From positions 17,191-81,190 of the forward strand of contig JACPLW010000005.1 in NCBI GenBank assembly GCA_016186325.1: DNA of 64,000 nt, read 5' to 3'. Source of the DNA: Parcubacteria group bacterium. GTDB taxonomy: Bacteria; Patescibacteriota; Minisyncoccia; UBA10092. Positions 28,268 through 37,245 of the stretch are shown here, in pieces (the stretch's first letter is position 1; each line of letters starts with the position of its first letter). The position numbers and the translations under genes are program-made. A model generated the notes under the pieces. It had not been told where the DNA came from and searched no databases. It worked only from the letters and a program-made list of their open reading frames with translations.

Positions 28268-28878
28268 AATTTATCATTTTCGTGTTGATGATCCATTTCA
28301 ACTACCGTACTGTAAAGTGAAATCATAATTACCACGCCGACTAAAGATAAAACACCAACAATAATAAAAAGATTTTGAAAACCCAGGCGTTCCGCTAAAA
28401 TACCTCCTATGGCAGCCGCGCCTGCTGCCGCAAGACCGACACCGATATTTTCTAAAGTCCATTCAGTACCTTCTTTTTCTTTATCGATATGACGCGTAAA
28501 AATCGCATACCAACCCGGATTGGCTAAGGCACCGCCAATACCCAAAATAACCTGGGCTAAATATAAATGAGCGGGTGTTTCTACAAACAAATAAATAAAA
28601 GGTACGATACTTACCAGTGTTGAGCCGGCAACCATAAAAAGAAAATCGTCTCTTTCGCCCTTGTGGCGATCTATATAGCGAGCCACAGGCATCTGCGCTA
28701 AAGCTCTCGTCAATAAGTTGATTGTGGCGGCAAATCCTACGGTAGTAATAGTGGCGCCGATAATTTGATTCGTAACGAAAATAGCAAAAATAGGGCCGAT
28801 TAACCCGAAGGCGGAAAAAAACATTATATCACCCAGCACTAAAGTTCTTATTACTTTATTAACTAATGATGTAAACAT
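28264..28878 (-). CDS. Half-size MFS-like membrane protein
   Basis: About 6 TM segments; motif-A-like ARYIDRHKG. Confidence 0.7.
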   Translation of the reverse strand: MFTSLVNKVIRTLVLGDIMFFSAFGLIGPIFAIFVTNQIIGATITTVGFAATINLLTRALAQMPVARYIDRHKGERDDFLFMVAGSTLVSIVPFIYLFVETPAHLYLAQVILGIGGALANPGWYAIFTRHIDKEKEGTEWTLENIGVGLAAAGAAAIGGILAERLGFQNLFIIVGVLSLVGVVIMISLYSTVVEMDHQHENDKL

Positions 28879-28900
28879 GTATTTTATTCTAACACATTAG

Positions 28901-28972
28901 CGTCCCTGCGAGGAATTGAACCTCGATCTCAGCCTTCGGAGGGCTGCGCTCTATCCGTTGAGCTATAGGGAC
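28901..28972 (-). tRNA. tRNA-Arg(CCG)
   Basis: Cloverleaf GTCCCTA/TA/GCTC-AACGGATA-GAGC/CAGCC-CTCCGAA-GGCTG/CGAGG-TTCAATT-CCTCG/CAGGGAC-G; A20 present; no encoded CCA. Confidence 0.93.
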
Positions 28973-28987
28973 TTATAAAGAACGGAT

Positions 28988-30157
28988 TCAAAAAACGTTA
29001 TACCAGATTTCAAGCGCTGCTCCCAAAACCGCAAACAATCCGATGGCATAATAAGTAAAATTTGGTAAGTTAATTTCGTAAGCCGGTTTTATTTCCGACG
29101 TTTTTGATTTTTTATGAATCAATAAAACCGTAACTGCTTGAAAACCAAAAAACACCGCCCCAATAAGACCGATTATAGTTATAAAATTTCTAGCGCCCAA
29201 TAAAAATAAAGATATCGGGATCAAGCCGGTCAGAAGCCAGGCGAGCCATTTATTTAGTTTAAAGTCATACCATAAAGTTTCCTTAAAATATACGCCATGG
29301 CTTAGCGAGGCGCCGGCAATAGCGAGAAGGCCCAAGAGCGATCCAAGAAATAAAATGCTTCCGGAGTTTAGAGCGCGCGCCAAACCAGATATGGCATCAG
29401 CGGAGGTAAGAGAACCGGAAACGCCGACAACGATAAAAATAAAAGCCAAATAAATAATTGGCGGAATCAGCGTTCCATAAAGTATTGCTCGTTTTAATTT
29501 ATTTTTCGTAGTTCCTAAAATGTCTTCCATCTCCGGTATCACGGCGTAGCCCGTAATGGCGAATAATATGATGCCGTAAGGCAATAATAAATTTTTTATA
29601 TTTATCTCTTTAAAATTTTCTGGATTTACGTAACCGGCGCCCAGTAATGAAATTATAACGATTATAAAAATTATAATGGAACTTACGAAAAATTCGGCCC
29701 GACCAAAGATTTTCGGTCTGGCTAAAACCGCGAAAAACCAAAAAAAGAAAAAGGTTAATGAACCCCAGAAAGCGCTTTTGTTAAAAATCAAAGCAAGAAA
29801 TTCGCCGCCCAATATTATATAAACAAGCAACACGCCGGCGCTCCCCAATAAAACGGAAATTTTAACAGCCCACTCCCATCTCGTTCCTAAATACTCTTTA
29901 GCAAATCCAACCAATCTTTTTCTTCCTTTAGTCCTTAATGCAATTTCTCCCAGAATCTCTTGAATTATCAATACCATTAAAACTAGTAAAATTAATTCAA
30001 AAAATCCAATTAAAAATCCTGAATGAAAAAAGGCAAATGGCAAACTAAAAATGCCGGCGCCAATAGTAGTGCCGACAAGAGCAAAAACCGCTAACCAAAA
30101 ATTTTTATCAAGTTTATTAATCATCACAATGTTCACCAAAAAAGATGCACCCATCAT
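28988..30157 (-). CDS. Aromatic amino acid permease family transporter (start may be 30124)
   Basis: GTTIGAGIFSLP, multi-TM. Confidence 0.88.
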   Translation of the reverse strand: MMGASFLVNIVMINKLDKNFWLAVFALVGTTIGAGIFSLPFAFFHSGFLIGFFELILLVLMVLIIQEILGEIALRTKGRKRLVGFAKEYLGTRWEWAVKISVLLGSAGVLLVYIILGGEFLALIFNKSAFWGSLTFFFFWFFAVLARPKIFGRAEFFVSSIIIFIIVIISLLGAGYVNPENFKEINIKNLLLPYGIILFAITGYAVIPEMEDILGTTKNKLKRAILYGTLIPPIIYLAFIFIVVGVSGSLTSADAISGLARALNSGSILFLGSLLGLLAIAGASLSHGVYFKETLWYDFKLNKWLAWLLTGLIPISLFLLGARNFITIIGLIGAVFFGFQAVTVLLIHKKSKTSEIKPAYEINLPNFTYYAIGLFAVLGAALEIWYNVF

Positions 30158-30577
30158 AACTTAAAAAAACAACGAAAATCAATTTGGCCGCGACTCTCAC
30201 TGACAATCGGACTGTGAATAAGAAGAATCATAAGCATTAATCACCAAGGTCGTTGTGACCATAAGAAACAACTAAATCATTAAGTCACATCGCGCTACAT
30301 TTGCCTTAATGAGGCAAAATCCTGCGTTATGTGTAAATAAAATAAAAATCTAACCAGGCCTTTATTTTATAAGTTAGAATATTCCACCGGCGAGGCCTTG
30401 ACACGATTTTTTGATTTTAAAGTAAATCCACCACTTGTGGATAACTCCAACATGTCGCTTACCGGGAAGGGGCCCCGCTTTGCGGGGCAAAGCAAGAATC
30501 GAAGTCCGACCTTGCATCAGACTTAATAACATCTTCTTAACAATCTTTAAACATTCTGTTAACAGCATATAAACATG

Positions 30578-30985
30578 GAAATAAATAATAAATAATTCAT
30601 TTTCCTCGCCCCGTATACAACTTGTTGTTGTACGGGGCTCGCGCGCTCGCTCCGCCAGCTCTTCGCTCGCTGTCCGATGAAAGCGTTTTACCCCGCCATG
30701 GCGGGGACCATGCTAAAACGCTTTCATAAGTTTCGGAAAATAATTTATTTATCATTTCTCCACTCAAAAACAAGTGAATTCGGGCTCAGTTATTTTTTGA
30801 GGCAGGATATATTTGTTCTCGAGCGGGGTTATGAGCGCGAAGCGGGCATGGTGTCCCGCGAAGCGGGACGAGCGAGCGCGAATCCCTGAGCGAGCATCCC
30901 GCAACTGCGGGGAGCGAGGAAAGCGAGAGAATAAATATATTCTGACGATAGAAGTACGTGAGGAAAATGATTTATTTGTTATTTC
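30578..30985 (+). ncRNA. Putative large structured RNA or composite repeat element
   Basis: Nested long-range inverted repeats whose wobble positions form G-U pairs on the + strand; no credible ORF. Confidence 0.4.
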
Positions 30986-31166
30986 TTTGCTATTTCCAAG
31001 AATGATATAGGCGGGCGAAAAAATATTAAATTCGGCTATAATAAACGTCGCGACATGATAACTTCTATCCGCCCGGCTGGCAGATAAAATTTAGCCATGG
31101 TAGCCGCTTAGATGGCAACACATGGCCTAATGACGGAGTAGAAATGTGGAAAGCAGTCACTTAAAT

Positions 31167-31781
31167 TTAAGCAGCTTCTTTTTCGTTACTATCCAGCAGA
31201 TTAAGAATTTGCTCTCTTTCAGCATTTTCCATTTTTCGTATCGGTAAAATTAAATATGGCGGTTCAAAAGGCAGAAAAAACGTTTTCTCTTGGCGGGTAT
31301 CGGGTTGGAATTTTTCTTTCATTTTAAGAGTCTCATCTTCTTGCAAGCTTGACAGTTCTTTTAAAATCTCTTTCTGTAGCCAGTTTTTCGGCGCCTCTAT
31401 AAAAGAGGCGCTCGATTTTTCTTTGTTAGATAGGCCGGGACTTTTTATTATTTTTGAGGAATCATTGTATTTTTGTAAAAGATTTTCGCTTTTTTGAAAA
31501 GCATTTTCGTGTTTTTGGACATATTTTATTTCTTTTTTCGAAGATAGCGCATCTGATATAAACTGGTTTGAAAGTTTATTTTTAGCCGTAGAATGATTGG
31601 GGTCAGAATATTTTTTAATATATTCAAGAACCCATTCACTGGTTGTAATATAATAACTACCCAATTTCTTACCCTTGAGCTTGTTTTGCCGAATCATTAA
31701 GCCCAAATGGTCGCGAGTATAGCCGTAAAGCTGGGCCGCTGTTTTAAGCGATAAATATTTCACAGAATCATTGGTTTCCAT
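31167..31781 (-). CDS. HTH_17/excisionase-like DNA-binding domain protein
   Basis: YLSLKTAA..YGYTRDHLGLMIRQNKLKGKKLG..YITT..W. Confidence 0.7.
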   Translation of the reverse strand: METNDSVKYLSLKTAAQLYGYTRDHLGLMIRQNKLKGKKLGSYYITTSEWVLEYIKKYSDPNHSTAKNKLSNQFISDALSSKKEIKYVQKHENAFQKSENLLQKYNDSSKIIKSPGLSNKEKSSASFIEAPKNWLQKEILKELSSLQEDETLKMKEKFQPDTRQEKTFFLPFEPPYLILPIRKMENAEREQILNLLDSNEKEAA

Positions 31782-31992
31782 AAGATCCTAAATTAATATA
31801 GTTATTTTAAGCAGTTTATACAATTTAGGCAGTTGTGATATCTTAATAAAATGGCTGAAATATCTGAAAAATCTTATCGTAAGAGCGATATGAAATAAGT
31901 CCTTTTTTTATTATACCAAAAAATGAAAGCTCCGTATCGCCGGATCTGTGGACAACTCCAACATTCGATTTGCGAAGTCGGAGCTATTATAT

Positions 31993-32331
31993 TTAGAAAC
32001 TAACTTCAAATTGTCGTTTTACCAGGCCGTATGATCCCAGCGACTTGATAGTAAAGTTTGGATAACTACCGGTCACAGTTGTCGAAATTGAAGCACCATT
32101 AGACATTGTTGGCGACGGAACTGGTGCGCCCTTTCTGATTTGGTATAATTGCCATTCAATCCCGGAATCGGCCGCATAGATGGCAATGGTTGAGTCTCCT
32201 GTATCGCTGGCTAGTTTTACCTGAGTAGCAACTATATTGGCAATTAAACCCGCGACCAATAAAACAATGGAGGAAATGACAACCGTCAAAATAAGAGCGA
32301 TGCCTGATTGATTTTTATTTATTTCTTTCAT
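31993..32331 (-). CDS. PilX-like minor pilin
   Basis: QSG-IALIL prepilin site lacking E5; A.YAADSGIE. Confidence 0.8.
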   Translation of the reverse strand: MKEINKNQSGIALILTVVISSIVLLVAGLIANIVATQVKLASDTGDSTIAIYAADSGIEWQLYQIRKGAPVPSPTMSNGASISTTVTGSYPNFTIKSLGSYGLVKRQFEVSF

Positions 32332-32849
32332 GATTGTATAAATCTTTCACTGATTGTAGTTTGAATCTTGGAGTTAACAGATTGATTGCCGACCTTACTT
32401 GTAACACCGGTTGTTATTGTCACTCGAGGTTGCAAGCCGTCTCCTGCCGTCTGTCCTATTAAATAAAAATTTAAATAATCAACCGTTACTTCCGACCCAA
32501 CCACTGAAAAGTAACTAGACCCCCCATTGGAGGATTTTTCAATGATTCGATTGTTTAGCCGATAGATAACCGATTCACCCCTGGCGTTTGTAAATGAAAG
32601 AGAATTAACGCTCCCGCCAAAATTTTTGCCGGTTCTGATTTCCCGTGCCATTGATTCAATGGTAAAACGAACATTATCGCCAACGTTGCGCAAAGCAATA
32701 ATGCGCCGCTGGTTAATTGTCGCTAAAATAAAAATCCCCAAAACAACGGTTACAATCAAACCGAATATGCCGGTAGCAACCATTAACTCTATTAAAGTTA
32801 AGCCTTTTTCTGCCGTATTTTTTTTAAATTTTTTACTTAAAAACTTCAT
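32328..32849 (-). CDS. PilW-like minor pilin
   Basis: KG-LTLIELMV class III signal; start moved to MKFLS. Confidence 0.82.
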   Translation of the reverse strand: MKFLSKKFKKNTAEKGLTLIELMVATGIFGLIVTVVLGIFILATINQRRIIALRNVGDNVRFTIESMAREIRTGKNFGGSVNSLSFTNARGESVIYRLNNRIIEKSSNGGSSYFSVVGSEVTVDYLNFYLIGQTAGDGLQPRVTITTGVTSKVGNQSVNSKIQTTISERFIQS

Positions 32850-32865
32850 AACGTTAGACAAATCA

Positions 32866-33375
32866 TTATTTCCAATTAAATAAATGTTCCTCAATGACAA
32901 CGGAATACGACTGATTTCTTCTTTGCCAGCTTAGAGTAGAAATAACTCTTATTTCATAGCTTGAAAGGTTTAGGACTGAAATTTTTCGTTTAAAAATCGT
33001 TTGACTGCTTCCGGCCGAATAATCATAAACGCCATTTGAACTATTAAGCCTAAGGAATACGTCATTATAGGGACTTAACGAAAGCGAATTATAGGCAACA
33101 TTATAATCTCCGTTCAATAAACCGTTATTCCATGATAAGTTTTGAAGCCAATTATTATCTCTTACATTTCTTACGACTTCTATGCCTTCTGCGGCTAAAT
33201 TAGAGGCTACCAGCCGATCACCAAAATTTGACGCCGAAACTAACGAGCTGTTTATAAGTGTTAACGATGAAACAAGCGCTGTTACAATAACGCCCGTAGC
33301 CACAATTGTTTCAAGCAGAGTAAAGCCTGATTCTTTTTTGTTACTTATAAAATAATCTTGACTTATTTTTTTCAT
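32866..33375 (-). CDS. PilV-like minor pilin
   Basis: SG-FTLLE; A..LAAEGIE.VRN.RD. Confidence 0.82.
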   Translation of the reverse strand: MKKISQDYFISNKKESGFTLLETIVATGVIVTALVSSLTLINSSLVSASNFGDRLVASNLAAEGIEVVRNVRDNNWLQNLSWNNGLLNGDYNVAYNSLSLSPYNDVFLRLNSSNGVYDYSAGSSQTIFKRKISVLNLSSYEIRVISTLSWQRRNQSYSVVIEEHLFNWK

Positions 33376-33400
33376 AAATTTAGCCGATACATCTAAAAAA

Positions 33401-34027
33401 TCATTGAAAAGAAACTAAACCGGCTTTATTAACATTTACTTTCCGTGTTGCGGAGTTTTTATTCATTAAAACTATAGTTACTAAAGCTTGATCTGGGGTA
33501 AATCTTACGATTGGATCGGGTGGCGTAAAAACCGCATCCGACAAATTACCGCTTAAACTGCTTATTTTAATCCCTGATTCCAAATTTATCGTCTCAAAAT
33601 CTTCGGTGCCATTGGCGGCTCTTATGAAATCTCTATCCGAACAATCAGGCAAGACCGCCGAATCGGCAAAAATGATGTAACTTGTTGAATTAGCGCCCGT
33701 AAAGTGAACGCCCCAGCCGCAGGGAATGCCGCTAGTTTTATAATTTTTAGATGAAAGCGCAAAAGATTGGGTGCGACGTAAATCCAAAGATAGTTTTTGA
33801 GCCGAACGAAAAAGCGCCGAATTTTGCTTTTCGAGTCCAATATTAAAAATAACGATGGCAGAAATTACAACAATGACGGAAACAACAACCATAATTTCAA
33901 TAAGAGTGAATCCTTTACTCATCCCGTTAGAAATTTTATATTGATTAATCAATTCGTTATTAAGTTCAGTAATTATTTTTACTCTTAAAACTGAGAAAAA
34001 TGGAAATAGATTTCTAACGGGACTCAT
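33401..34027 (-). CDS. FimT/GspH-like minor pilin (ancestral start likely 33922)
   Basis: KG-FTLIEIMVV; first 35 codons derive from a MITE-like insertion. Confidence 0.8.
   Translation of the reverse strand: MSPVRNLFPFFSVLRVKIITELNNELINQYKISNGMSKGFTLIEIMVVVSVIVVISAIVIFNIGLEKQNSALFRSAQKLSLDLRRTQSFALSSKNYKTSGIPCGWGVHFTGANSTSYIIFADSAVLPDCSDRDFIRAANGTEDFETINLESGIKISSLSGNLSDAVFTPPDPIVRFTPDQALVTIVLMNKNSATRKVNVNKAGLVSFQ
33917..34027. mobile_element. MITE-like element, 12-bp TIR with 6-bp flanking duplication
   Basis: cccgttagaaat (33923-34)...atttctaacggg (34010-21) flanked by actcat on both sides. Confidence 0.7.
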
Positions 34028-34448
34028 ATATTATTGAGATTTTATCGCCGTCTTGCAGGAAGATTTCATACGGCTTTAACATTTTTTTGCCGTTTAAATA
34101 CCAATACCATGATTTTTCACTGTTTTTAACAAAGCTTTCAATGGCCGAAAGATTGCTTTTCTCATCAAGCCTGTAAGAAAAATCTCCGGCCTTTGATGCT
34201 TGAATTAGCGTGTCAATCGGCGTTTCGTTTTTGACTATGTCGCCCTCAAAACTTCTTATTTTACCGTTCCCAAAATCAATCGTTAAAACTACACTGCCAA
34301 TAATTTCCATTTTTAGCTGATCGGCCACCGGGACAATTAACTCTTTTTTAAGAGAAAAGCCGACAACAAAACCAACGACAGTTAAAAGCAAGACGGCGCT
34401 TAGCATTAAAAAATAATCGTTATTTTTTTGTTTTTTTATGTTAGTCAT
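34014..34448 (-). CDS. DUF4430-like membrane-anchored protein
   Basis: N-terminal TM; W.WYLNG...L.DGD.I. Confidence 0.6.
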   Translation of the reverse strand: MTNIKKQKNNDYFLMLSAVLLLTVVGFVVGFSLKKELIVPVADQLKMEIIGSVVLTIDFGNGKIRSFEGDIVKNETPIDTLIQASKAGDFSYRLDEKSNLSAIESFVKNSEKSWYWYLNGKKMLKPYEIFLQDGDKISIIYESR

Positions 34449-35243
34449 CTAAAAAATGATAAAGCTTAATATTAAATCCGACAGAAAAAAAGCGATAATA
34501 GCGCCTGTAACCAAAAACGGTCCGAAAGCAACTTGGCTTTTTAGGGTCTTCTTGCCAAGCCCTACTAAGATTATACCAAATGTGGCGCCAAAAATAAAAG
34601 CCAGCGTTAAAGCAACGGCAGTTGATAAGGGATTTAAAAATAAAGCGATTAAAACAGCCAGCTTGGCATCGCCAAGGCCCATAGCCTTGCCATGAGAAAA
34701 ATAAAAAAGCAAAAAGAAAAATAAAAACGCGATTACGGCAACTGAAAGCGGCCAAACAAGTATTTCAATATTTTGAAATTTGAAAGAGTTAAAAACGTTA
34801 TATAAAAAAACAACGATAGTAACCGGATAGACGATTTTATCGGGAATAATTTTCCATTTAAAATCACAAACTGCGATAACTAAAAGCGCTGAAAAAATTA
34901 AAATTTCATAAAATGTATTCAGCAATTGGAAATTAGAAATTGGAAATTGGAAATTGTCGAGATTCTTGCTGAACACTAAAATCCATATCAGACCGGAAAG
35001 AATCTCGACTGTGGGATATTGCCAAGAAATCTTTTTACGGCAATACCGGCAACGACCGCGAAGGTACAAAAAACTTAATAAAGGCATTAAATCATACCAC
35101 TTTAAGCTGGTTCTACATTCAAGGCACATTGAACGGCCAAAAAACCCACTCTTCAGTTGAAGGGTGGGTTTTTTCAAGCGGTAAATAACAACGTTTAGAA
35201 AACTGCCAAAAACTAAGCCCAAGATAAAAACTAGATAAGACAT
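34449..35243 (-). CDS. pilD: Prepilin peptidase
   Basis: GSFLNVVIYR, CxxC pairs, D....IPD, MGLGD.KL, FGPFL. Confidence 0.95.
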   Translation of the reverse strand: MSYLVFILGLVFGSFLNVVIYRLKKPTLQLKSGFFGRSMCLECRTSLKWYDLMPLLSFLYLRGRCRYCRKKISWQYPTVEILSGLIWILVFSKNLDNFQFPISNFQLLNTFYEILIFSALLVIAVCDFKWKIIPDKIVYPVTIVVFLYNVFNSFKFQNIEILVWPLSVAVIAFLFFFLLFYFSHGKAMGLGDAKLAVLIALFLNPLSTAVALTLAFIFGATFGIILVGLGKKTLKSQVAFGPFLVTGAIIAFFLSDLILSFIIF

Positions 35244-35273
35244 GGATCAAGTTTAGGCTTCGCGCTTTAGGAT

Positions 35274-35846
35274 TTATTGAGCAATATCGTAACAGGCCTT
35301 GCCGGCAACGCCGCCACAACTTGCCGTATCGGCACCGGCAAATCCGGAGGTGTAGGCACTTGTATAAGGGCAGGCGCTACCGGTTGTGGAAGTACAATCT
35401 CTATCCTGGTTTAAAAGTAAACTTGTAGTGTCTTCTAAACTGGTGCCAATATGATATGACTGCGGGCCAATAGTGCCAGCGGGCGTATAATACGCATACC
35501 AATAACAGTTATCGGAATTGGCAGTGCAAACCGTGCCTGTAGGAGACAAAGGATCTTGCGGCCATGTTGCTATTTCGCCATTTGTAACTAAGTTACCCAA
35601 TACAGTCGGATATTTGCCGTTTTTGCCATAATAATCCTCTACAGCGGTTTGCAATGTTCTGACATCGGCAATTCTTTTGGTGTCTCGCGCCCTCTTTCTG
35701 GCGCCGGTGAGATTAACAACAATAATAGACGCCAAAAGGCCTATAATACCGATAACTACCAAAAGTTCCAGCAAAGTAAATCCTGCTTGCTTTTCCGGAG
35801 AGATAGATGTTGGGTATTTTTTATTTGATTTTTTAAATATAAACAT
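35274..35846 (-). CDS. Type IV pilin / GspG-like major pilin candidate
   Basis: AG-FTLLELLVVIGIIGLLA, ARD..R..D, Cys-rich C-terminus. Confidence 0.85.
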   Translation of the reverse strand: MFIFKKSNKKYPTSISPEKQAGFTLLELLVVIGIIGLLASIIVVNLTGARKRARDTKRIADVRTLQTAVEDYYGKNGKYPTVLGNLVTNGEIATWPQDPLSPTGTVCTANSDNCYWYAYYTPAGTIGPQSYHIGTSLEDTTSLLLNQDRDCTSTTGSACPYTSAYTSGFAGADTASCGGVAGKACYDIAQ

Positions 35847-35879
35847 AAATTTATTTAATAATGATTAAATCGACCTTTT

Positions 35880-37112
35880 TTAGAATGCGTTAACTAAATT
35901 ATATATCGGCAAAAGAATTGCCGCAACTAAGATACCCACACCCGCCCCCAGAACAACAATTAGAATCGGCTCAATAAGATTAACGATATTGTCAAACGCG
36001 CGGTTAACCTCTTCTATAAAAAAAGTTGCAACTTGTTTTAAAATCGTATCTATTTTCCCGGTTTGTTCGCCAATTAAAATCATTTGAGTGACCATCGGCA
36101 GAATCTCGGAATGTCGGGCAAAAACAACGCTGATGGTACTACCCTTTCTTACTGCCTCATTCGCTTCAAGGATAATGCGCTTATAAACCGCGTTCCCGAC
36201 AACATCGGCAGTTATTTCAAGAGATTGGGAAATGGCAATGCCGGCTGACACGAGAGTTGATAATGTTTCCGCGAATCGCGCCAAATAAATTTTTTTAAGA
36301 AGCGCTCCAAAAATGGGCAAACGCAACTTAAGACCGTCAAACGTATAATGCCATTCGGGTGATTTTTTTATCGAAATCCAGCCGAAATAACCTAAAATTC
36401 CCAAAGCAAGAAAAACAATCCACCCCCATGTTTTAGTAAAATTAGAGGTGCCAATCAAAATTCTGGTAACAAGCGGCAACTGTTGGCCGGATTCCACCAA
36501 TATGGAAGTTATATTCGGAATAACAAATATTAACATTAACATACCTACTAAAATAAAAGCGGCAAGAATGAAAGCCGGGTAAATCATGGCTCCCCTGGCC
36601 TTAGCGTTTAAAAGGTATTGGCGACTGATGTAATCCGCCAAGTAGACAAGCGTCTCTTCAAGACGGCCAGAAATCTCTCCGGATCTTACCATCTGAATAT
36701 AAAAATTTGAAAATGCTTTTGGATACTTAGCGAGCGCTCGGGAAAAAACCATTCCGGCATCAACATCATTTGCAATACCGTCAACAACTTGAGAAAAATA
36801 AGGATTATCTATTTGCCTGGACAAAACTCTCAGTGACTGAACCAAAGGAACCTTAGCGGCAATCAAGACCGCTAACTGTTTTGTAAAAAGAACAATGTCT
36901 TCGGTTTTTATCCTACTGAAGAATAGAGATACTATCTGATTTAATCGCGCAAGCGTCAACCGTTCCTCCGCTTCTTCAAACGGTTTAACTTCCGTAATTA
37001 TTAAGTGTTGATTTTGTAAAACAGAAATCGCCGCCTCAAGTGAGGGCGCTTCGACAAAATCAGATTCAACTTTGCCTTCCGGCGTTCTAGCCGTGTATTG
37101 GAATTTAGGCAT
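35880..37112 (-). CDS. pilC: Type IV pilus inner membrane platform protein
   Basis: GE.SG.L, YP, GEQTG.ID, EP. Confidence 0.93.
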   Translation of the reverse strand: MPKFQYTARTPEGKVESDFVEAPSLEAAISVLQNQHLIITEVKPFEEAEERLTLARLNQIVSLFFSRIKTEDIVLFTKQLAVLIAAKVPLVQSLRVLSRQIDNPYFSQVVDGIANDVDAGMVFSRALAKYPKAFSNFYIQMVRSGEISGRLEETLVYLADYISRQYLLNAKARGAMIYPAFILAAFILVGMLMLIFVIPNITSILVESGQQLPLVTRILIGTSNFTKTWGWIVFLALGILGYFGWISIKKSPEWHYTFDGLKLRLPIFGALLKKIYLARFAETLSTLVSAGIAISQSLEITADVVGNAVYKRIILEANEAVRKGSTISVVFARHSEILPMVTQMILIGEQTGKIDTILKQVATFFIEEVNRAFDNIVNLIEPILIVVLGAGVGILVAAILLPIYNLVNAF

Positions 37113-37245
37113 CCCCCACCCTTTCTAAATAAATTTTAAACGCGACCTTTGTTTGAGGTTTGTAATAATTATCATTAAATTTAATATATTTTTTCTTAGT
37201 CATAGTTTCAAATTAAAAAAGCGAAATTTAGAAAGGGTGGGGGAT
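37111..37245. mobile_element. MITE-like element filling the pilT-pilC spacer
   Basis: Perfect 20-bp inverted ends atcccccaccctttctaaat / atttagaaagggtgggggat. Confidence 0.65.

Noticed and set aside
30374-31010. Short ORFs 30374..30568, 30677..30889, 30813..31010
   Set aside because: Translations of palindromic repeat DNA with no protein-like features
30995-31015. Group I intron S-element-like atgatatagg
   Set aside because: No matching R/P7 partner or interrupted host gene found
30900-31045. RNase P RNA (gaggaaag ... ttcggcta)
   Set aside because: Lacks GAGGAAAGUCC, and the candidate P4 halves are too close and poorly matched
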